Source of the DNA: Terriglobia bacterium
GTDB taxonomy: Bacteria > Acidobacteriota > Terriglobia > 2-12-FULL-54-10
DNA length: 64,000 bases
Assembly: GCA_963666975.2 (NCBI GenBank)
Contig: CAXVYR010000004.1
Span: forward strand, 320,001 to 384,000
Reading direction: 5' to 3'
The position numbers and the translations under genes are program-made. Under the pieces are notes generated by a model that worked only from the letters and a program-made list of their open reading frames with translations, had not been told where the DNA came from and searched no databases. Positions 49,066 through 58,256 of this stretch are shown here, one piece after another (the first letter of the stretch is position 1; each line of letters starts with the position of its first letter).

Positions 49066-50736
49066 TCACTTGCTGAGAGAAAAGTTCCCGATCATCAAGT
49101 GATCCATCCCGGAGCAGTAAAAACTGCGGACCGCATCCCGGGGAGAACAAACCAGCGGCTCCCCGAACAGATTGAAAGAGGTGTTAAACAGTACAGGCAC
49201 TCCCGTGGCCTTTCCGAATGCATCCAGCAGCTCCCAGAAGAGCAGGTTGATTTTGCGCTTCACAATGTGGACTCGAATCCGCTCGGAGGGAGGTTGCGAC
49301 TTCCCTTCCCCTGCCCGCCGGCCGTCTAATAAGTTGGCGGCAAAGGTTTGGCGGTGCGCAGCTTTCACGCGGCCCACGGTAGCCAGGAATTCAGCCATCG
49401 GCCCGCACTCAAAAAACTCTCCGGCATGTTCTTCCGTCACCGAGGCCGCAAAAGGCCGGAACTTTTCCCGGTGCTTTACATACTGGTTGAGATTCTCGCT
49501 GACATAGGGACCCAGGGGTGAAGCCAGAATGCTGCGGGAACCCAGGGCCCGCGGACCAAACTCCATCCGCCCTTGAAACCAGCCCAGAATACGGTTCGCC
49601 CGGAGCTCCTCTACGGCGGCCGATATCAGGTCCTGGCGTGTCCGCAAATAGCGAAAGCTTAATTTGCAGTTTTCCAGCACGTCCTTGATCTCGGAGATGG
49701 AGTACTCCGGTCCGTAGTAGAGGTGCTCCATACGGGAGCGCGTGGAAATTCCCAGCAGCGAGTGCGCACAATAGAGCGCCGCGCCCAGAGCGTTGCCGGC
49801 GTTTCCAGCCGCCGGCTGCACAAAGAGCCCCTCAAATAAGTCCGCTGTTTCCAGTTTTTCCACCAGCAAGGAGTTCAGAGCCACTCCGCCGGCCAGGCAT
49901 AGATTCTTTACTTTGTGGCGGGAGACCAACTGGGAGCAAAGTTCCGTTACGGTTTCTTCCATCACCTGCTGCACACTGGCAGCCAAGTCAGACCGGGAGG
50001 ATTCCTCCAGTGGGTTTTCCGGATCCAAGCCCGCCGCGTGGAAAAACTTCTCCGCAAAGCCTCCCCGGTCACGACGCCCTGCTTCAAAATAACTCTGATC
50101 CAAACTCAGCAAGGAGTCCTTCTCCCGGCGGAGCATGCTGCGGAAAACCGGGGCGAAAACGGGTTTGCCACAGGTGCTCAGCCACTGGAGCTTGTGCTCG
50201 TCCCCGCTGGCGCTAAAACCGACCAGCTCAGCGGTCCGGCTGAACAAGTTGCCCAGCGAGTCCGGAAAATAAGAATCCTCGACCGGCTCCAGAACCGTCC
50301 CCCGCGCCAGCGAAAGACTCCCGGTCTTCATGTCGCCACTTCCGTCCAGCGTCAGGACGGCGGCCTGCTCGAAGGGCGACGGAAAATAAGCGGCAGCGGC
50401 ATGGCAGAGGTGATGATCCAGGACCACAATTTTGCTGGACGGGAACTCCTGCTTCAGCCGCTTGGGAATCCAGAACTCCTCAAAACCGCGCTCGCTCGAT
50501 TCCCCATAGACAGGCCGCGCCAGGACCACATAGTCAATCTGCTCCGGGCGCAAACGGGCGGCCTCCAGGCAATAGCGCATGGCGTTGACCGGAAGGCCGG
50601 GCACCCGCCGCACCCGCACCAATTTTTCCTCTTCGAGCGCGGCGGCCACATCGGCGCCGCGCAGCAGGGCGGCAGCGGCGTCGTGGGTGCTTCCTGAGAT
50701 TCCTAGAATATTGGGCGCTGGGGTTGGGTCCGCCAT
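49066..50736 (-). CDS. Carbamoyltransferase (NodU/CmcH family)
   Basis: HDAAAAL, EEEK, HHLCHA, LAGGVALN, GRMEFGPRALG, NTSFN. Confidence 0.9.
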   Translation of the reverse strand: MADPTPAPNILGISGSTHDAAAALLRGADVAAALEEEKLVRVRRVPGLPVNAMRYCLEAARLRPEQIDYVVLARPVYGESSERGFEEFWIPKRLKQEFPSSKIVVLDHHLCHAAAAYFPSPFEQAAVLTLDGSGDMKTGSLSLARGTVLEPVEDSYFPDSLGNLFSRTAELVGFSASGDEHKLQWLSTCGKPVFAPVFRSMLRREKDSLLSLDQSYFEAGRRDRGGFAEKFFHAAGLDPENPLEESSRSDLAASVQQVMEETVTELCSQLVSRHKVKNLCLAGGVALNSLLVEKLETADLFEGLFVQPAAGNAGNALGAALYCAHSLLGISTRSRMEHLYYGPEYSISEIKDVLENCKLSFRYLRTRQDLISAAVEELRANRILGWFQGRMEFGPRALGSRSILASPLGPYVSENLNQYVKHREKFRPFAASVTEEHAGEFFECGPMAEFLATVGRVKAAHRQTFAANLLDGRRAGEGKSQPPSERIRVHIVKRKINLLFWELLDAFGKATGVPVLFNTSFNLFGEPLVCSPRDAVRSFYCSGMDHLMIGNFSLSK

Positions 50737-50913
50737 GTGCTAGTCGCTCGTCTTCTCCTGCTGCCCGGCCCCTGCCTCTCCACAGGAGCGCCTTCGCAGC
50801 CTCTGCCGCTGCGTGCTAGGGAAATTGCCTGCAAGGGATTCGGCAAGAGAGCCGGAACCGCTTCGAGGATTACTCTGCAATGGAATGCAACGGAACCAAC
50901 AGGCCGGCAGGAA

Positions 50914-51501
50914 TTACTTCCTTTGGGTCTCCCAATCGTAATTTATGTCTGAGTCATTCCAGGGCAGTCGTCCCTCGTCGGAGGAATCATAAAACTGGTC
51001 CGTTGCGTAAACCAGCAACGCCTGCTCTGTGCCCAGCACCTTATACCCATGTCCCACACCGGGCGGAATGCGGATTTGCAACGGCCTCATCATCCCGGCA
51101 TAAATGGTGTTCAGCCGCCCAAAGGTAGGAGAATCCGTTCGCAAGTCGTATAGCATGACCTGCAACATGCCTGCAACCGGCATCCACAAGTCCGTCTGCT
51201 TGAGGTGGTAGTGGATCGCTTTGACAGTGCCCGGAAAAGATAGCGCAGCCGATATTTGCAACTTCCCCCCGGAAGCGAAGCCCCCGGCCAAGCCCTGTTC
51301 CGAGCGGAATAACTCCTGAAAACAACCACGGTCATCGGGCCAGAGCATTCCGCAAGCCACCCGGACTCCCTCAATCAGTTCCCTGGAATCCGGTGAATGA
51401 ATGACCTGTCCGAGCCCGCCGTCTCCACTGCGAACTACAGCCAACTCCATGGTTGCTGATTCCGCCACGGGCCTCAGTTCTCTCTGCGACACCACCTTCA
51501 A
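50914..51501 (-). CDS. dTDP-4-dehydrorhamnose 3,5-epimerase family (cupin)
   Basis: DDRGCFQE, KAIHYH, YDLRTDSPTFG, IPPGVGHGY. Confidence 0.85.
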   Translation of the reverse strand: MKVVSQRELRPVAESATMELAVVRSGDGGLGQVIHSPDSRELIEGVRVACGMLWPDDRGCFQELFRSEQGLAGGFASGGKLQISAALSFPGTVKAIHYHLKQTDLWMPVAGMLQVMLYDLRTDSPTFGRLNTIYAGMMRPLQIRIPPGVGHGYKVLGTEQALLVYATDQFYDSSDEGRLPWNDSDINYDWETQRK

Positions 51502-51816
51502 GCTAACGCGCTCCTCATTTGTAAACAGCAGGTGTAAACAGCAGGCTCCATCCTACCACAGTTGTTACTGCCACAGACTTCCAGGAAAGCCCTGATCGCA
51601 TTGTTTCCTGCCTATTCGTGGCATCTTGCGAATCCTCTGTGAATTTGTAGGCAGGGTCCCGCCGGAAGATGTTTTAAGAAATTTGGCCCGGCTCATTCCG
51701 TCCCATTCTGAAACATTTTCCCATTATGGTCCGAATCGAAAAGCTTCTCCTTAGCCGGAACAACAGAAACATCAAATGTATTCAACAGGTTACGGCTGGC
51801 AATGGAAGTCTAAGGT

Positions 51817-52839
51817 TTGGATAGCTTCTTGCATATCAAAGCATTGCCCTATCCGAAAAGGAGGACCCCTAAATTGAGCACGCTTCCGAACGAACCTTGC
51901 GTATTTCCACTGATCCCCCCGGTTATCACAAGCCAGCCCGTCACGGCTCTCCTTGACAAACCGCAACCAGTCGATAAGGCGGGCTGGCCACAGGCACAGG
52001 AGCAGGACCGGGCGACCATCCTCCTGACGCACCTGCCTCAGGTGCGCCTGATTGCCGAAAATATCCGCTCCCGAATAAGATTTCCCATCGAAGTAGACGA
52101 CCTGATCGGTTACGGCGTCCTCGGGTTAATGAAGGCCGTGGAGCGATTCGATCCCTCCCGCGGCATTCTCTTGAAGACTTATGCGGAGCATCGTATCCGT
52201 GGCGCGATCTTGGATGGATTGCGAGGCATGGACTGGGTCTCCCGGAGCATGCGGCAGAAAGAACGCGAATACAAGGAGAAGCTGCACCGGGCTGGCGACC
52301 CTTCTGTTAACTCGGAGGCTGAGGAGCTCCAGGAGAAAGCAGGCCCCAAAACCGGAGGCAGGGGTTATTCGCCGCCGGCTCTGCCCGTGCAAATTGTCTA
52401 TGCCGGATGGAATCTCGAAGATATGGAAGAGATGGTAAAGAAGGCGCATCTGCAGGAGGCCGGAAGCAAAAGCGCCAATAATCCGTCAACCCTCTTTGAG
52501 CACAAAGAAATGCGCCGCCGGCTGGCCCGGGCTATTTCCCACCTTCCCCGTCGCAACCGCAAGCTGCTTTACCTGTACTATTACCGTGAGCTCAGCATGA
52601 AGGAGATTGGACGAAGCCTCAAGGTTCACGAGTCCAGAGTTTCCCAACTCCACGCATCGACGATTGACCGGCTACGGAACTCTCTGGCGGGTTCTCGTAA
52701 AACAAAACACCTAACCGTTGCAAAGATAAAGAAAACCGCTCAACAACCGCTCGGCAAACCTTCAAAATATCGCGTAACGGCTTGCAGGTCCTCTTCGGTA
52801 TCCACTCCGATGGTGTCTGTCGGCGTTTCGGCCAGATGA
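51817..52839 (+). CDS. FliA/WhiG-family (sigma-28) RNA polymerase sigma factor
   Basis: DDLIGYGVLGL, FDPSRG, YAEHRIRGAILDGLR, LYYYRELSMKEIG..L.VHESRVSQLH; start uncertain. Confidence 0.88.
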   Translation: MDSFLHIKALPYPKRRTPKLSTLPNEPCVFPLIPPVITSQPVTALLDKPQPVDKAGWPQAQEQDRATILLTHLPQVRLIAENIRSRIRFPIEVDDLIGYGVLGLMKAVERFDPSRGILLKTYAEHRIRGAILDGLRGMDWVSRSMRQKEREYKEKLHRAGDPSVNSEAEELQEKAGPKTGGRGYSPPALPVQIVYAGWNLEDMEEMVKKAHLQEAGSKSANNPSTLFEHKEMRRRLARAISHLPRRNRKLLYLYYYRELSMKEIGRSLKVHESRVSQLHASTIDRLRNSLAGSRKTKHLTVAKIKKTAQQPLGKPSKYRVTACRSSSVSTPMVSVGVSAR

Positions 52840-53513
52840 ATCGGAATTCCATGCTCCAGGAAACGTAGCTGTTCCAGCCGCTCCGTTTGCTCCAGAAGCG
52901 AGGGCGGAAGCCCGACGAAACGCTCCAAGGCTTGCCGGCTATAGGCGTACAACCCCAGGTGCTTGAAATACGCCGGGGCGGAAGCAGCATCTCTTGGGTA
53001 AGGTATCGGCGCGCGGGAAAAATAAAGCGCCCTCCCCTCTGAATCCGTTACGACCTTTACGGCGTTGGGATTGACTGCCTCGGCCGGGTCGAGCGGTGTC
53101 TTCAAGCTCGTCACCTGGGTGAGCGGATTCCGGAAAAATGGATCGATCAGCAGTTGCAAGTGGGTGGCGTCGATCATCGGTTCATCGCCCTGGATATTCA
53201 CGTAAATCTCCGCAGGGATTCTTTGCATCACCTCATGTATCCGCTCCGTGCCGCTTTGATGGCTGCTTGCGGTCATCAACACCGGAACCTGATGCTGGGC
53301 GCAATATTCAGAGATCTGCCGGGAATCGGTGGCCACCCACAATTCGGTCAGCAGCCGACAAGCGCGCGACCGCTCAAATACATGATGCACCATCGCCCGC
53401 CCGCATATCGTTCGCAATGCCTTGCCGGGCAACCGCGTTGACTCCATCCGGGCGGGAATAACCCCCAATACCCTGGGTTGCTGCGATGGATTGCCAGAAG
53501 ACGCAGAAGACAT
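52740..53513 (-). CDS. kdsB: 3-deoxy-manno-octulosonate cytidylyltransferase
   Basis: IPARMESTRLPGK, SGTERI, NIQGDEP, ALYFSRAPIP, LEQLRFLE, GVDTEEDL. Confidence 0.96.
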   Translation of the reverse strand: MSSASSGNPSQQPRVLGVIPARMESTRLPGKALRTICGRAMVHHVFERSRACRLLTELWVATDSRQISEYCAQHQVPVLMTASSHQSGTERIHEVMQRIPAEIYVNIQGDEPMIDATHLQLLIDPFFRNPLTQVTSLKTPLDPAEAVNPNAVKVVTDSEGRALYFSRAPIPYPRDAASAPAYFKHLGLYAYSRQALERFVGLPPSLLEQTERLEQLRFLEHGIPIHLAETPTDTIGVDTEEDLQAVTRYFEGLPSGC

Positions 53514-53650
53514 TGTTTCCATTCCGCCGTGCCGGCTGAGCCTGCCCCATCCTTGCCGGTCGTCGCTTTCCGCTTTAACGCCGTAGCATTTCAGTATATT
53601 CCATCCGGCGCGCCTGGGCGGGCGAAAACCGTGCGGTATAATGCTTCCCG

Positions 53651-54025
53651 ATGCCTGCAAAAAGAAAACTGCTGGCCTGGGAGATTGCCGCCGGCATCAC
53701 GCTGCTGTTTTTCCTGAATCTGTGCCACATGCTTTTTCAGTGTGGCTGCCGCTCCTTGTGGAATGGAGCGGACCGCTATTGCAATATTCATACCGCCGGG
53801 GTGGCCCACTGCCCTTGGTGTAGTTACGGCTGGTGGGGCTTTATCATTACCGTGTCAACGATCCTGCTGGCCCAGACCGGCATCCTCTTTCTGCCGTCAA
53901 AGCTTTCCTTGCGGAATCGATGGATATTGAGTCTGGCTGCCTTTCCGGTTGTTGGAGCCATTGTCGGATTTCTATTTGCTGTATTTTCAGGCTATCCTGT
54001 TTTTCTGTGGTTTGCCTTAATGTGA
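53651..54025 (+). CDS. Small Cys/His-rich membrane protein
   Basis: 3 hydrophobic segments; CH-x4-CGC-x10-CNIH-x5-HCPWC; TATAAT at 53637-53642. Confidence 0.7.
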   Translation: MPAKRKLLAWEIAAGITLLFFLNLCHMLFQCGCRSLWNGADRYCNIHTAGVAHCPWCSYGWWGFIITVSTILLAQTGILFLPSKLSLRNRWILSLAAFPVVGAIVGFLFAVFSGYPVFLWFALM

Positions 54026-54097
54026 AAATGGTAACGCCTGTCCTGATGGCTTGCCGGGAAAGCCGCAGGCTCCGACACGGCAGAGGAAAGATTGCTC

Positions 54098-54838
54098 ATG
54101 GCTGAAATTGCTGACCTCGTGTTGTGGGAAAGAGCCTTCATGAAGGCCTACCCCTACCGGCAAGCTCGCTTGCCGCAGCCGGCTCCGATGCATCCGTTGC
54201 GAGAATCAAAAGTAGCCCTGGTCACTACGGCCGGTTTGCACATGCCGGATCAGCCGCCGTTCGATTCCTCCATCAAAGGGGGAGACTGTTCCTACCGCTG
54301 GATTCCGAACGACGTTGCCGTCCAGAAGCTCCTGACTGCCCACCGCAGCAAATCGTTCGCCCAAGCTGGCATCGCTCAGGATCGCAACCTTTGCTTTCCC
54401 CTGGACCGGTTTCGCGAGATGCTTTCCGAAGGGATCATCGGCAGCTTAAACCACCGTCATTTAAGTTTTATGGGATCGATCACCGCTCCCGGCAGGTTAC
54501 AAAAGAAGACGGCTCCCGAAGCTGCGCAGGAGTTGAAACAGGATGGAGTGGATATGGCCTTCTTGGTGCCCATTTGACCGATGTGCAACCAGGCCGTGGG
54601 CTTGATCCAAGGCATCATGGAAGCGGCCGGCATTGCGACGGTGTCGGTCAGCCTGCTCGCGGAAGTCACCCGAAAGGTGAAGCCGCCGCGGGCTTTGTTT
54701 GTGCCCTTCCCGCTCGGTTATCCGCTGGGAAAACCGCAGGACTCCGCCTTGCAGCGGAAGATCATTGAGGAATCGCTGAAACTATTGGAAAGGACAGACC
54801 TGCCCGTTTTGGAAGCGTTTCGTGAAGGCCCACAGTAA
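54098..54838 (+). CDS. Selenoprotein of the glycine/sarcosine/betaine/proline reductase selenoprotein B family (Sec at TGA 54575-54577)
   Basis: KVALVTTAG, GDCSYR, DRNLCFPLDR, DGVDMAFLVPI-U-PMC, EAAGIATV, KPPRALFVPFPLGYPLG; both annotated ORFs are in the same frame. Confidence 0.88.
54580..54616 (+). promoter_or_regulatory. Candidate bacterial SECIS hairpin
   Basis: CAGGCC-GTG-GGCTTG upper stem; G-first apical loop 18 nt after the UGA; GATG/CATC lower pairing. Confidence 0.6.
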
Positions 54839-54864
54839 GCCTGCTCCTGATCCGAATGTGCGCC

Positions 54865-55179
54865 CCCCGGACCGGCCGAACCTCCTGAATCCTGCAATCC
54901 CAGGAAAAAGTCTGGACCATCTGGACACGGCAGCTTCCGTCCTGGGCGTCGATTCTTGCAAACCGGTTCCGGTGGAAAACTAATCCTTTTCCCAGTGTGA
55001 ACATTTCGACACCAACCTTCCTCCGGGAGGACGGGGAAGCCTTGGCTATAACACGTTCCGGAACGACGGCGCGCATAATTGGAACTTTGCCAGGGGAAAA
55101 GGGTTTTACCTTCGGAAGAATTACGAATACGGCGAATCGAGGACGGATTATCCAGTTCACGCTGAGACTGCAAATGTAA
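54865..55179 (+). pseudogene. Remnant of an acidobacterial-type TonB-dependent receptor C-terminus
   Basis: PDRPNLLNP...LDTAA and FTFGRITNTANRGRIIQFTLRLQM* in broken frames. Confidence 0.5.
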
Positions 55180-55357
55180 GGAACCCGGTTGTCTGCCGGG
55201 GAATCTGGCCCTGATCTTTCCGATAGTATCTGGCTTTTATTCTACTTTCCTTTTAAGCTACATTATTGCCTTCTCGTTTGGCATCCCTTCCATGAGAAAG
55301 GAAAGCCAGACCGGCGGCGATGTTAGCACTTTCTACTTTCGGCTTTAGTATGAGAGG

Positions 55358-55385
55358 AGGGGCTGGCGAGCGGTGCCAGCCCCTT
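55358..55385. terminator. GC-rich hairpin, possible terminator
   Basis: aggggctggc-gagcggt-gccagcccct. Confidence 0.4.
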
Positions 55386-55525
55386 AGTGGATCAAGGTGA
55401 AATGTATTTGTCTCAGTCTACCGAAGCTCAGAAATCACACAATAGCCCGAAAGTCACTTTTTCGCCGGTGTCTTTTGTACTAGTGCCGTAAACGCGCTGT
55501 ACCACCGGTTCTTGGACTACAAAAT

Positions 55526-56218
55526 GTGGAAGAAAAAATCTGTCTGATCATTCCCGCCCTCAATGAGGCCCCCTCGATTGGCCAGGTCCTGGACAGTTTG
55601 CCTCCCGGTTTGTTCTCCAGCGTGATCGTGGCAGACAACGGAAGCACGGACCGCACGGCGGAGATTGCGGCGGCCCGCGGCGTAACTGTAGTCCGGGAAA
55701 GCCGGCGGGGATACGGTCGTGCCTGCATGGCCGGAATGGCCGCGCTGCCGCCGGATTGCACTGTGGTCGTGTTCATGGACGCCGACGCCAGCGACGACCC
55801 GGCCGATGCCCACAAGCTGCTGGAGCCCATCTTGCGGCAAGAGGCCGACCTCGTGCTGGGCGCACGCCGCAGCACGGAACGCAACCAGCGCGTGATGGCT
55901 CCGCACCAACGTCTTGGAAATGCGCTCGCCATTCGCCTGATTCGTCTCTTGTTCCGTTTTCGATATTCCGATCTCGGTCCTTTTCGGGCAATTCGCTCCC
56001 ACCAGTTGCAGCTCCTTGAGATGCAGGACCCAACATACGGCTGGACGGTGGAGATGCAGGTAAAAGCCTTACTGCGCGGGTTGCGTGTCCAGGAGGTGCC
56101 GGTAAACTACCGTCTGCGGATCGGAAGCAGCAAAATCTCAGGCAACCTGCGGGCCAGCATCGCCGCCGGAGTAAAAATCCTGTGGACCATCGCCCGGCTT
56201 GCCGTGGCTCGCCATTAG
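55526..56218 (+). CDS. Glycosyltransferase family 2 (DPM-synthase-like)
   Basis: IIPALNEA, DNGSTD, GYGRAC, MDAD, DLGPFRAI, YGWTVEMQ. Confidence 0.92.
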   Translation: MEEKICLIIPALNEAPSIGQVLDSLPPGLFSSVIVADNGSTDRTAEIAAARGVTVVRESRRGYGRACMAGMAALPPDCTVVVFMDADASDDPADAHKLLEPILRQEADLVLGARRSTERNQRVMAPHQRLGNALAIRLIRLLFRFRYSDLGPFRAIRSHQLQLLEMQDPTYGWTVEMQVKALLRGLRVQEVPVNYRLRIGSSKISGNLRASIAAGVKILWTIARLAVARH

Positions 56219-56489
56219 AGCAATTTCAGGGTTGGTGTAGAGTGCTTCATAGCCCTGCAAGGGCGGCATAATCTAGCCCAGGGCGCAAGCCCTGGGACAA
56301 CGGGAGACCGGTATTACCCCAAGCCCCGGAGGGGCGAAAGACGCTCCGGCCCTCTTCTTTCGCCTCTTCCGGGGCTGATCCGGCGTGGCCTTTCCCACCC
56401 ACGACTGGCGCCGTGGGCTAAACCCTTGAGCCCCTTCGGGGCTTCACGAGCGTTCTGGAAAGCTATACACCAACTCTGGAATTGGTCTA
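56216..56489. mobile_element. MITE-like element with 24-bp TIRs and internal REP palindromes
   Basis: TAGAGCAATTTCAGGGTTGGTGTA versus reverse complement TAGACCAATTCCAGAGTTGGTGTA; TA at both ends. Confidence 0.72.
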
Positions 56490-57614
56490 GTTGAATATAT
56501 CTCTTACTTTTTCGGCGAGCTTTTTTTCGGCAGGTTGGTTGTCGGGTTTGGCGAGGGAGCCCAACTGTTCCAGCAAGCGCCGTTGCTCCCGGGTGAGGCG
56601 GGTGGGAGTTACGACATTCACATAAACGTAAAGATCGCCTCTGCCTCTGCCGTTGACGTGTGGGACGCCCTTCCCGCGAATCCGGAAACGGCTGCCCGAT
56701 TGAGTGCCTTCCGGGATCTGCAAACTCTCGTGGCCTTCCAGAGTAGGCACCTTGATCTTCGCTCCCAGGGATGCCTGCGGAAAGCTAACGGGAATCCGGC
56801 AAAACAGATTATGCTCCTCGCGCTCGAAAAAAGGGTGCTCTTGGACATACAGCACCACATAGAGGTCGCCGGGAGGGCCTCCTTGAAGACCCACTTCTCC
56901 TTCGCCGGAAACGCGCAGCTTACTGCCGGAATCCACGCCTGCCGGTATGCTCAACTCCAGGGTTTTTTCGCCGCGGACGCGCCCTTCCCCGCGGCAGTGA
57001 CCGCAGGGGTTTTTGAGAATTACCCCCGTCCCGGAGCAAGTGCCGCAGGTGCGATTAATGCTGAAGAAGCCCTGCTGGTATCTCAGGTGACCCTGTCCGC
57101 CGCAAGCGTGGCATTGGGTTGGACCCGTCCCCGGCTTGGCGCCGCTTCCGTTGCAGGCCGCGCACTTGTCCATGCGGGGAATCTTGATTTTGGTTTTAAC
57201 ACCGAAGGCGGCTTCTTCAAAGCTGATCTCCAGATCGTAGCGCAGATCCGCGCCGCGCTGGTTGCGGGCGCGCCTTTTCGCTCCCCTTCCCTCTCCAAAT
57301 AGATCCCCAAAACCAAACGCCCCGAAAATATCGCTGAACTCGGAAAAAATGTTGGGATCGAAACCGCTAAAGCCGCCGGCCCCGGAGAGTCCGGCATGGC
57401 CAAACTGGTCGTACCGGGCTTTTCGCTGCGGATCGCTGAGAACGCTGTAAGCCTCCGCAGCCTCCTTAAATTTCTCTTCGGCGTGCTCCTTATTATCCGG
57501 GTTCTTGTCCGGATGCCACTGCAGCGCCAGTTTCCGATAGGCTTTTTTGATCTCTTGCTCGCTTGCCGAGCGGGGCACGCCCAGCACTTCATAGAAATCT
57601 GGTTTTCCGTTCAA
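56487..57614 (-). CDS. dnaJ: Chaperone DnaJ (second copy)
   Basis: HPDKNP, G/F region, 4 CxxCxGxG motifs. Confidence 0.96.
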   Translation of the reverse strand: MNGKPDFYEVLGVPRSASEQEIKKAYRKLALQWHPDKNPDNKEHAEEKFKEAAEAYSVLSDPQRKARYDQFGHAGLSGAGGFSGFDPNIFSEFSDIFGAFGFGDLFGEGRGAKRRARNQRGADLRYDLEISFEEAAFGVKTKIKIPRMDKCAACNGSGAKPGTGPTQCHACGGQGHLRYQQGFFSINRTCGTCSGTGVILKNPCGHCRGEGRVRGEKTLELSIPAGVDSGSKLRVSGEGEVGLQGGPPGDLYVVLYVQEHPFFEREEHNLFCRIPVSFPQASLGAKIKVPTLEGHESLQIPEGTQSGSRFRIRGKGVPHVNGRGRGDLYVYVNVVTPTRLTREQRRLLEQLGSLAKPDNQPAEKKLAEKVRDIFN

Positions 57615-57618
57615 AACT

Positions 57619-58254
57619 TCACTCCGGTTGGGTATCTGGGGGCTCTGCGGCAGCTCCCTCGGCAGGTTCGGCAGGCTGGGCAGGGTGCTTGGCGACCTTC
57701 ACCATAGCAGGACGCAAGAGGCGCTGCTTGAAGAAATAGCCTCTCTGCAACTCTTCCACGATTTGCTGGTCCGGGTATTCGCTGGTCTCTATCGTCATCA
57801 CGGCTTCGTGCAAACGGGGATCAAATTCATGGCCTTTGGACTCTACAGCCTCCAAGCCAAGCTTTTGGAGCGCATCTGAAAGTTGCTTATAGATCAGTCG
57901 CATGCCTTTGCGAAACTCATCGCCGCCATCGTCATCGCCCAGCGCCAATTCAAACCCGTCTAAGATGGGCAGCAAGGATTTGACAGCATCAAAGAGGCTG
58001 TATTTTAAAAATTCGCTTTTTTCCCGTTCCGTCCGTTTTCGGAAGTTTTCCAGGTCCGCCTGCTTGCGCAAGAGTTGGTCGAACAACTGCCTCTTTTCCG
58101 CAAGAAGCTTTTCTATTGTTTCTTCCAAATTTTCCGCGGGAGGGGCCGGGGCGGGAGTAAGATTCTCAGCCGAAGAGGACTCCTCCGGGGCTGGCGGAGG
58201 CGTTGCGAGCTGCTCGGAATCCGCCTTTTTTTTACTGCCGGGTTTGCCAGACAT
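57619..58254 (-). CDS. grpE: Nucleotide exchange factor GrpE
   Basis: [25 protein letters not shown]...[10 protein letters not shown]. Confidence 0.96.
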   Translation of the reverse strand: MSGKPGSKKKADSEQLATPPPAPEESSSAENLTPAPAPPAENLEETIEKLLAEKRQLFDQLLRKQADLENFRKRTEREKSEFLKYSLFDAVKSLLPILDGFELALGDDDGGDEFRKGMRLIYKQLSDALQKLGLEAVESKGHEFDPRLHEAVMTIETSEYPDQQIVEELQRGYFFKQRLLRPAMVKVAKHPAQPAEPAEGAAAEPPDTQPE

Positions 58255-58256
58255 GG

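Noticed and set aside
55323-55349. TTAGCACTT as a CIRCE
   Set aside because: Half-site only, and not upstream of a chaperone gene.
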